42,912 nt of DNA from Chloroflexota bacterium (GTDB lineage Bacteria > Chloroflexota > Limnocylindria > Limnocylindrales > Limnocylindraceae), in assembly GCA_041176225.1 (NCBI GenBank), contig JBEDDM010000003.1, forward strand, positions 1-42,912, given 5' to 3'. Positions 36,443 through 42,912 of the stretch are shown here, piece by piece. The position numbers and the translations under genes are program-made. Under the pieces are notes generated by a model. The model was not told the DNA's origin and did not search any database. It was given only the letters and a program-made list of their open reading frames with translations. The first letter of the stretch is position 1, and each line of letters begins with the position of its first letter.

Positions 36443-37264
36443 ATGGGAGAGAAGAACGTGCAGCGATGGGCCCTCGTGCTCGGCGCCTCCAGTGGCATTG
36501 GTGAAGCTTCGGCGCGACACGCGGCGGAGGCTGGCTACAACATCTGTGGCGTCTATCTCGGACGCTCCCGCGGCGAGAAGCTCGACGCCGCGATTGAGGC
36601 GGTGAGGTCGACAGGCGTTGAGGCGCTCTATATCCGAGGGAATGCGGCAGACGACGAGAAGCGCGCTGAAGTGATCGCGCAGCTCTCCGAACGCTTCGCC
36701 GCCGCACGCGCCGCTGGCGCAGAACCACAACTTGGCATCGTGCTGCACTCCCTCGCCTTCGGGAGCCTGCAGCCATTCCTGCCGTCTGGCGACGTTCCTA
36801 CGATCACTCGGAAGCAGATGGACATGACATCAGATGTGATGGCGCACTCGCTTGTCTACTGGGTCCAGGATCTCTATACCGCAGGACTCATCGGCGGGAC
36901 CACGCGCATCTATGCCACATCATCTGAAGGCGCATCGAAGGCGGTACCAATGTATGGCGCAGTATCCGCCGCGAAGGCGGCCGTAGAGGCGCACTGCCGT
37001 CAACTTGCGATTGAACTCGCAACGCTTGTCCCAGGTGCAACCGTCACCGCGCTGCGCCCAGGTGTTGTAGACACCCCTGCGCTACGAAAGATTCCTGGAA
37101 GCCAAGACTGGATTGACGTGGTGATGAAGAAGCACCCAGGGAAGCGACTCACAACACCTGATGATGTTGGTCGCGCAATTGTGGCGCTCTCAGCGCCAGG
37201 AATGAACTGGGTGACGGGGAATACGATTACGATCGACGGCGGGGAGCAGATCGCCGGCGGCTGA
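36443..37264 (+). CDS. SDR oxidoreductase, enoyl-ACP reductase (FabL/FabI-like)
   Basis: LGASSGIG, Y-x6-K (YGAVSAAK), PGVVDTPAL, RLTTPDDV, IDGG. Confidence 0.85.
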   Translation: MGEKNVQRWALVLGASSGIGEASARHAAEAGYNICGVYLGRSRGEKLDAAIEAVRSTGVEALYIRGNAADDEKRAEVIAQLSERFAAARAAGAEPQLGIVLHSLAFGSLQPFLPSGDVPTITRKQMDMTSDVMAHSLVYWVQDLYTAGLIGGTTRIYATSSEGASKAVPMYGAVSAAKAAVEAHCRQLAIELATLVPGATVTALRPGVVDTPALRKIPGSQDWIDVVMKKHPGKRLTTPDDVGRAIVALSAPGMNWVTGNTITIDGGEQIAGG

Positions 37265-37580
37265 TCCAGACGAGCAGCAGCGGAACAAGAACTGCTGCAC
37301 TCGCAACCGGCAGCGTCACCTCCGCAATGATCCCTGTGACGCGCAACAGCGCAAGCGCTAAGGCAGCAACTCCAACGGCAATACCGCGCTCCGATGGTCG
37401 TGCGCCAACGTTAAGGCGCGCCGCGTTTGCGCCGAGCAGGATTGCTGCAACGCCGAGCCACGCCCAACCAGCTGACGGCGACGATGCGTCACCAATCACG
37501 ACCGAATACGTCAGGACAAGTGCGGCAAGTGCAACGAGTGCCGCTTGATCAATCGTTTTGGCGCTCACTCGAATCAACAC
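37227..37580 (-). CDS. Small 4-TM membrane protein
   Basis: Hydrophobic ORF whose start overlaps the upstream gene stop; overlaps the SDR 3' end convergently. Confidence 0.55.
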   Translation of the reverse strand: MLIRVSAKTIDQAALVALAALVLTYSVVIGDASSPSAGWAWLGVAAILLGANAARLNVGARPSERGIAVGVAALALALLRVTGIIAEVTLPVASAAVLVPLLLVWISRRRSAPRRRS

Positions 37581-38254
37581 TAGATCTTCTTTCCGATCAT
37601 CTGCTCTAGAATTTGCGATGGCGCAGCGATCACTGGCGTGTCGCCATCGGGGATCAACTTGGTGAAGCGCGACTCTAGCTCCAATACGCCAGCCCAGATC
37701 TTCTCACCCGCGTCTTCCTCGTTGTCGTGCACGCCACCATCGCGAATCTTTCCAGATGCCTCGCTGATCTTCATGCCGAGCATCGTGGTTGCCTTCAACT
37801 CTTTGTCATGTGAGGCGCGCAGTTCCTTTGAACGTCCTGGTACTAGTTTTTCTACAAATACGTCAAGTTGTGCCACCTTCTCCACGCCAGTGATCTCTTC
37901 ACAAATTCCAAAGAGTGTTGCGGAGCGATAGTTCATGGAGCTATCAAAGCCACTACGTGCGAGGACAATCCCGTCTGTCAGGTGAATGGAGACGCAGACC
38001 TCAGTCCCAACGACGCGCTTGAGAAACCGGCTCGCTGCGGAGCCGTGCCAGTAGAGGTGATCCCCGTCACGCCAGTGGGCCGTTGGGGTGGCCATTGGAC
38101 GCCCATCGAGGAGGTAGGCCACCGTGCAGGTGAGTGCCGCGTCAACCACCGGATAGATCTCGTTCCGTTCGTAAAGGCCGCGCTCGGGAAGGCGACGGAC
38201 GCGCGTGCGCTCGCTTGGAGGGAAGCCGTCGCTGACAGGGATCTCTCGTGGCAT
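37580..38254 (-). CDS. Pyridoxamine 5'-phosphate oxidase-like flavin-binding protein (NimA family)
   Basis: RVRRLPERG, LYWHGS, DGIVLARS, SMNYRS, EASGKIR, WAGV. Confidence 0.9.
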   Translation of the reverse strand: MPREIPVSDGFPPSERTRVRRLPERGLYERNEIYPVVDAALTCTVAYLLDGRPMATPTAHWRDGDHLYWHGSAASRFLKRVVGTEVCVSIHLTDGIVLARSGFDSSMNYRSATLFGICEEITGVEKVAQLDVFVEKLVPGRSKELRASHDKELKATTMLGMKISEASGKIRDGGVHDNEEDAGEKIWAGVLELESRFTKLIPDGDTPVIAAPSQILEQMIGKKI

Positions 38255-38287
38255 AGACGAATCGTAGCCGACGAAGAAAGAGTCTCC

Positions 38288-38364
38288 TGGCGGACCCGAC
38301 CGGATTCGAACCGGCGATCTCCAGCGTGACAGGCTGGCATGTTGGGCCGCTACACCACGGGTCC
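38288..38364 (-). tRNA. tRNA-Asp (GTC)
   Basis: Acceptor GGACCCG/CGGGTCC, anticodon arm CCAGC-CTGTCAC-GCTGG, T-loop GTTCGAATC, encoded CCA. Confidence 0.97.
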
Positions 38365-38407
38365 GCGACAGGACTGCGAAGCCTACCAGAGGGGGTAGGA
38401 TCCGACT

Positions 38408-39541
38408 ATGGGATATGGAGCTGACGCGGCTAAACGAGCGGGAGGCTCAGGCCGCATCGACCTACGCTCAGACACCGTGACCCACCCTACCCCTGAGATG
38501 CGCCGCGCAATGGCGAGCGCTGAGGTGGGCGATGACGTCTTTGAGGACGACCCCACCGTCGCTGAACTGGAGGAGCGCGCCGCCGATCTGCTCGGTAAGG
38601 AGGCGGGCCTCTTTGTGGCCTCTGGGACGATGGGGAACCTTGTAAGCGTGATGGCGCACGTCCCGCGTGGCGGAGAGATCATCACCCCCGCCGAGGGGCA
38701 CATCCCGAACGATGAGGCGGCAAACTACGCCGTTGTTGCGGGCGCGGGACTTCGAACCGTTCGCGAAAATCCGGACGGCGAGATGCCTGTTAACGACGTG
38801 ATTGAGGCGATCCAAGATTCCTCAGATCCACACTCGGCAATCACAAGCCTGGTGGTGGTGGAGAACTGCCACGCGCACACCTTCAGCCGACCGATCACAC
38901 CCGCATACATGAAGGGGCTCCGCGCAGCGCTCAAGCCATCAGGGATTCCCATCCATGTGGATGGCGCACGCCTCTTCAACGCCGTTGTTGGGCTCGGTGT
39001 GAGCGCACGAGATTTAGTGAAGGATGCGGAGAGTGCAACATTCTGCTTGAGCAAGGGGCTAGCCACGCCGATCGGCAGCGTTGTTGTTGGGAAGAAGGAC
39101 TTTATCTTTAGGGCACGACGCGCACGCAAACTGCTTGGCGGTGGCATGCGCCAGGTTGGCATCCTTGCCGCGGCGGGACTTGTTGCGCTTTCAGATGGCC
39201 CAGAAGGGACGATTCAACGACTCGCTGAGGACCACACCAACGCACGAATCCTCGCGGAAGCACTTACTGAAATGAAGGGTGTGATCTCGCCAGGTCACAA
39301 CGCGCAGCCGGTTGGCGAGCGTCTTGATCCCGCCCGCGTGGTGACAAACTTTGTCCTCTTCAAGGTTGAGGGTGGCGCAGCGCGTCGCGAAAAGTTCCTT
39401 GACGAACTTGAGAAGCGCGGTGTGCTGATGATTGCGTACACGCATGGCCAGGTTCGTGCGGTGACGCACTATGGCGTTGGCAGTGAAGAGATTCAGAAAG
39501 TGATTCGCGCATCCGCAGACGCACTCGCAGCATCCGCGTAA
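38408..39541 (+). CDS. ltaE: Low-specificity L-threonine aldolase
   Basis: [36 protein letters not shown] (PLP Lys), GGGMRQ. Confidence 0.94.
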   Translation: MGYGADAAKRAGGSGRIDLRSDTVTHPTPEMRRAMASAEVGDDVFEDDPTVAELEERAADLLGKEAGLFVASGTMGNLVSVMAHVPRGGEIITPAEGHIPNDEAANYAVVAGAGLRTVRENPDGEMPVNDVIEAIQDSSDPHSAITSLVVVENCHAHTFSRPITPAYMKGLRAALKPSGIPIHVDGARLFNAVVGLGVSARDLVKDAESATFCLSKGLATPIGSVVVGKKDFIFRARRARKLLGGGMRQVGILAAAGLVALSDGPEGTIQRLAEDHTNARILAEALTEMKGVISPGHNAQPVGERLDPARVVTNFVLFKVEGGAARREKFLDELEKRGVLMIAYTHGQVRAVTHYGVGSEEIQKVIRASADALAASA

Positions 39542-39560
39542 CTCACGCCAAGGCGTTCTG

Positions 39561-40274
39561 ATGCGCATCGTCCCCTCTATTGATCTCGAGAAGGGTCGCT
39601 CTCGAATTGTCTTTTGGCCCGGTGCGTCCACCGGCGTTGGCGCACCAACGGACCAGCCCGCACGAATCGCACGTCACTTTGTGGATCACGGCGCAACGCT
39701 GATTCACCTTGTGGACTTTGACGGTGCACGGGCCGGCGCGCCACAAAACCTTGCGGCGATCGGCGCAGTCGCGGGTCTCGTTGCCACACCCCTTCAAGTT
39801 GCGGGCGGTGTGGACTCTCCTGAAGCGATCCAGATCGTCTTCGCGACGGGCGCCACACGCGTGGTTGTGGGGACCTCCCTCCTTGATGAGCCAGAGCTTC
39901 TCGTTGCGTGTGCACGCGCGGCAGGTGCGTGGCTCGCCGTTGGTCTTGACCCACGTCCGGAGCGGCTCTCGCAATTTCCATGGAGGCGCGCGGTGCAGCC
40001 GTCACTCGACGACCTGCTGCAGCAGCTGGTTTCGGCAGGAATCAGCCGCGTGGTGATGAGCCACGGCGGTGGCACGAGTGAACTCAGCCGCCTGAGCGAG
40101 ATCGGTCAGCGATATCCATCCATTGAGGTGAGTGTTGCCGGCGGCGTCACCGATCTCGACGGCGTCCGTCGTCTCCGCGATGCGGGGGTGAGCGCGCTGA
40201 TCCTTGGCGAAGCACTCCTCTCAGGCGCCATTGACTTTGAAGAGGCGCAAGCGATCGCTAACCAAGCGGGATAG
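39561..40274 (+). CDS. HisA/HisF-related TIM-barrel protein
   Basis: IVPSIDL, IHLVDFDGA, QVAGGV, RVVVGT, VAGGV, ILGEAL. Confidence 0.8.
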   Translation: MRIVPSIDLEKGRSRIVFWPGASTGVGAPTDQPARIARHFVDHGATLIHLVDFDGARAGAPQNLAAIGAVAGLVATPLQVAGGVDSPEAIQIVFATGATRVVVGTSLLDEPELLVACARAAGAWLAVGLDPRPERLSQFPWRRAVQPSLDDLLQQLVSAGISRVVMSHGGGTSELSRLSEIGQRYPSIEVSVAGGVTDLDGVRRLRDAGVSALILGEALLSGAIDFEEAQAIANQAG

Positions 40275-40313
40275 AACGTTCGCGTAAGTGAAGAGTTTGC
40301 GTAGAATGTCCTC

Positions 40314-40955
40314 ATGAAGATTTCGCGACGCACCCTCGGCACGACGGTTGCAGCGCTGCTCCTTGTTGCTGGCTGCACGGATAGCGGCGCTGAGAGCCCG
40401 ACGGCGTCAGGCGTTGCCGGATGCCCCACCGCTCAACCCGCCGCACTCGGCGCGGGGGAGCAGCGTGAGATCGTGATGGCCACCTCACTCGGTGAGATCA
40501 CGCTCCTCGTTGAGGCGGACCTTTCGCCCATTGCAGTCGGAAACTTTGTCGCACTCGCCGAGTGCGGCTTCTACAACGACGTCATCTTCCATCGCATTGC
40601 CTACATGCAGGACGGAACGCCGTTCGTGATTCAGGGCGGTGATCCAACAGGGACGGGGATGGGTGATCCCGGATACAAGATCCAAGACGAGCCGGTGGTC
40701 GGCGATTATCGACGCGGCGTCCTCGCCATGGCTCGCAGCGCAGCACCTAATTCGCAGGGGAGCCAGTTCTTCATCGTCTTGGACGATGGCGCCGCCGGCC
40801 CACTTGAGAGCGTCCGAACCTATGCGATTCTCGGCGAGGTGACCGCGGGTCTTGATGTCGTCGACGCGATCGCCGCGGTAGAACGGGACCAGGAGGACCG
40901 CCCGGTTGTCCCGGTCACCATCTTGAGCACCACGGTGAGCAGCCCCGCGCCATAG
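40314..40955 (+). CDS. Cyclophilin-type PPIase lipoprotein
   Basis: Lipobox VAGC; FHRI, FVIQGGDP, LAMAR, GSQFFI. Confidence 0.92.
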   Translation: MKISRRTLGTTVAALLLVAGCTDSGAESPTASGVAGCPTAQPAALGAGEQREIVMATSLGEITLLVEADLSPIAVGNFVALAECGFYNDVIFHRIAYMQDGTPFVIQGGDPTGTGMGDPGYKIQDEPVVGDYRRGVLAMARSAAPNSQGSQFFIVLDDGAAGPLESVRTYAILGEVTAGLDVVDAIAAVERDQEDRPVVPVTILSTTVSSPAP

Positions 40956-41031
40956 CGGCGAGACGGGTAGACTCCACGGACGCGTCGGCAGTGAGCCGAC
41001 AGAGGCGGCACTGCCGCGGAAGTGAGGACGA

Positions 41032-41484
41032 ATGGCCACCGCAGTCATTGAGACGACCCTCGGCAGCATTGAGTTTGAACTCCTTGACGACGCAGCGCCG
41101 AAGACGGTCGAGAATTTTGTGACGCTCGCCAACAAGGGCTTCTACAGCAACGTCATCTTCCATCGCGTGGTGCCAGGATTCGTCATCCAGGGGGGTGACC
41201 CGACAGGCACGGGGACGGGTGGTCCCGGCTACAAGTTTGATGACGAGCCCGTCACTATGGGCTACGCGCGCGGCACGGTCGCAATGGCGAACGCTGGTCC
41301 GAACACGAACGGGAGCCAGTTCTTTATTTGCCTTGCTGACCTGCCACAGCTCCCACCGAACTACACAATCTTCGGACAGGTGGTCGCTGGCCTGAACGTG
41401 GTTGACGCGATCGCCGCCGCCCCGTGCGGTCCCGGGGATCGCCCGGTTGAGCCTGTAACAATGACCTCGGTGAGCATCCGCTAG
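41032..41484 (+). CDS. Cytoplasmic cyclophilin-type PPIase
   Basis: APKTVENF, FHRVVPGFVIQGGDP, AMANAGPNTNGSQFFI, YTIFGQV. Confidence 0.95.
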   Translation: MATAVIETTLGSIEFELLDDAAPKTVENFVTLANKGFYSNVIFHRVVPGFVIQGGDPTGTGTGGPGYKFDDEPVTMGYARGTVAMANAGPNTNGSQFFICLADLPQLPPNYTIFGQVVAGLNVVDAIAAAPCGPGDRPVEPVTMTSVSIR

Positions 41485-41544
41485 CTGCGGGGCTCGGTGC
41501 GCAGATAGGCGCACAACAGAGGCGCGCACGAGAAAAATAGGGGG

Positions 41545-41573
41545 TTGGAATCGGCCCTCACGCGCGCTATCCT
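41545..41573 (+). promoter_or_regulatory. Sigma-A promoter TTGGAA-17-TATCCT with an A-rich upstream tract
   Basis: Exact 17-nt spacing; AGAAAAATA at 41531-41539. Confidence 0.65.
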
Positions 41574-41579
41574 ACGCGT

Positions 41580-41739
41580 AGCTGTTCTTGTTCGAAGGCC
41601 ATGGGTAGGTGGGTTAGGGTAGTCGCTTTAGGCGACGTGATAGATGCTCTTCGAGCGTAGCTGCGGAACTGACTTGTTCGTTCTAAAAGCGGACCGGCTT
41701 CAGGTGGCTCCCTTCACGGGGGGTCACCTGATCTATTTT
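41580..41739 (+). ncRNA. Candidate sRNA of about 160 nt with a G-rich loop
   Basis: Has its own promoter and terminator; helices GTTCGAAG/CTTCGAGC and GTCGCT/GGCGAC contain G-U pairs; no credible ORF. Confidence 0.55.
41700..41739 (+). terminator. Intrinsic terminator
   Basis: 14-bp stem TCAGGTGGCTCCCT/GGGGGGTCACCTGA (3 G-U pairs) followed by TCTATTTT. Confidence 0.75.
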
Positions 41740-41775
41740 CCCGGCACTTCCTCTCCCCGCTATCCTTCCCCTCTC

Positions 41776-41852
41776 GCGCCCGTAGCTCAGGGGATTAGAG
41801 TGTCTCCCTCCGAAGGAGAAGGTCGCAGGTTCAAATCCTGTCGGGCGCACCA
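41776..41852 (+). tRNA. tRNA-Arg (CCG)
   Basis: Acceptor GCGCCCG/CGGGCGC, anticodon arm TCTCC-CTCCGAA-GGAGA, T-loop GTTCAAATC, encoded CCA; own -10 TATCCT at 41761. Confidence 0.97.
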
Positions 41853-41895
41853 GCTCTATACGCGGTACGCCGCGTGCACCCCCTAGAATCCGCAC

Positions 41896-42363
41896 ATGGC
41901 CGACCCGCAGTACCAGAGCATCCCGCCGCTCAAGCGGCCACTCCTCCTCCTCGCTGTTGCCGTGACCGTGATCGCTTTGGCGCTCGGCTTCACAGGTACG
42001 GATGAGCGCCTCCTCCTGGTCCCCGCCGCCGTTGCCCTCGTATGGGCGGCCGCATACCGTGCGCAACCAGAAGAGAGCGTGCGCCAACTCCGCGCTGCCT
42101 CTCAAGGCGTTGTGGTCGTTCGGCGAACGCCGCCTATTGGGGCGCGGCAACGACGAGAGATGCCACCTACTTCATCAGAATTCGCCCCGGCCGCTGCGCT
42201 TGCGCAGGCGCGCGCCAAAGCGCCAGACGCAAAGCTTGTGAGGAAGTACAACGTTGGGATGCCGGATCGACCAGAGTCCACACCAGAGAAGGGCGAGACG
42301 CGGAAGAAGAAACGAAAAGGACGAGGTGAAGGAGAGGGCGGAAAGCCAACGCTCGGACTTTAG
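41896..42363 (+). CDS. Hypothetical membrane protein with a basic C-terminal tail
   Basis: Two N-terminal TM segments; TAGAAT 6 nt before ATG. Confidence 0.65.
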   Translation: MADPQYQSIPPLKRPLLLLAVAVTVIALALGFTGTDERLLLVPAAVALVWAAAYRAQPEESVRQLRAASQGVVVVRRTPPIGARQRREMPPTSSEFAPAAALAQARAKAPDAKLVRKYNVGMPDRPESTPEKGETRKKKRKGRGEGEGGKPTLGL

Positions 42364-42366
42364 TCG

Positions 42367-42912
42367 CTACGGCGCGATTCTCACCTCAACACGCGGCGGA
42401 TTTTGCCGATCAGCACAGCCTCTTGCACTCCACGCGTTGCTGATTGCTGACTTCTCCGCCGCATCAACACTTAGTCCCCAGCGCAACTTCACTCCAACCC
42501 AACCAACAAGATAGGTGCACGTTGAGGCTCGGTATGGCGGGAGCCAGCTTGCGGGATCACGATCTCCTTTTGAAGAATTCACATTATCCGTCACTGCACG
42601 CAGCGACCACGAAACGCCGAGATCATTTGCGAACGCAAGTCGACGAGACGCGCTCCACCTGTACGCACCAGACTCCCAGGCTTCTTTGAGCGCAACAACA
42701 TGATCAATGTCAACGTCAGTGCCGATCGTCCAGGTCAGATTGTCATACAGGCTGACCCACCTTCCGGTCCGAACGATACCTCTAGAGATCGTGACACTCA
42801 CTTTTGATTCATCAATGAGCACTTCTGCACGTGTATCAAGTCCGTCTCCATCCGCATCAATCCAATCGCTTCCGAACTTGCTTCTGCTGTATCCACTTGA
42901 ATATTCAGACTG
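42367..42912 (-). CDS. HNH/DUF1524-family nuclease, 5'-partial
   Basis: Frame is open to the window end: GYSRSKF...WIDADGDGLDTRAEVL, W-x-S-x-YD, DIDHVVAL-x-EAW-x-SGA, FAND, N-x-SKGD-x-DP-x-x-WLP. Confidence 0.88.
   Translation of the reverse strand, partial: QSEYSSGYSRSKFGSDWIDADGDGLDTRAEVLIDESKVSVTISRGIVRTGRWVSLYDNLTWTIGTDVDIDHVVALKEAWESGAYRWSASRRLAFANDLGVSWSLRAVTDNVNSSKGDRDPASWLPPYRASTCTYLVGWVGVKLRWGLSVDAAEKSAISNAWSARGCADRQNPPRVEVRIAP

Noticed and set aside
41601-41660. 19-aa ORF MGRWVRVVALGDVIDALRA inside the sRNA candidate
   Set aside because: Uses AGG, TTA and ATA codons atypical for this genome and has no properly spaced SD; not fully excluded without Ribo-seq.
41666-41679. Extra LexA boxes (GAAC-TGACTT-GTTC here; GAACGTTC at about 40274)
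   Set aside because: Spacers are 6 and 0 nt rather than 4.
10508-41852. Integrative elements at the three tRNA genes
   Set aside because: No integrase, transposase or duplicated tRNA 3' end is seen in the window.

Overview
Compact, high-GC core-genome window. The gene content (GAAC-N4-GTTC LexA boxes, PknB-PASTA kinase, pervasive leaderless promoters) suggests a Terrabacteria lineage, plausibly Chloroflexota; this is inference only. It holds about 46 CDS. These include a sensor kinase with htrA, folC, pknB with galU, argS, a folate one-carbon cluster (formiminotransferase, fhs, folD, fchA-like), rplI, dinB, a CDF exporter, lexA, dnaB, zur-znuACB, ltaE, a HisA-like gene, two cyclophilins and a partial HNH/DUF1524 nuclease. 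There are three tRNAs (Glu-TTC, Asp-GTC, Arg-CCG). No CRISPR array, transposase or prophage is visible. Most notable: (i) a doubly LexA-boxed stand-alone ImuB-C/DUF6504-like gene near an intact DinB that has no ATG/GTG/TTG start and no LexA box, possibly a split SOS mutagenesis module; (ii) three structured intergenic RNAs, namely a 6S-like RNA with a two-hairpin insertion and two unassigned sRNA candidates; (iii) a FolD lacking the cyclohydrolase Lys, paired with an FchA-like protein; (iv) more than 20 genes with a -10 hexamer 6-8 nt before the start codon, including back-to-back bidirectional -10 elements. All family assignments and RNA folds were made by eye.
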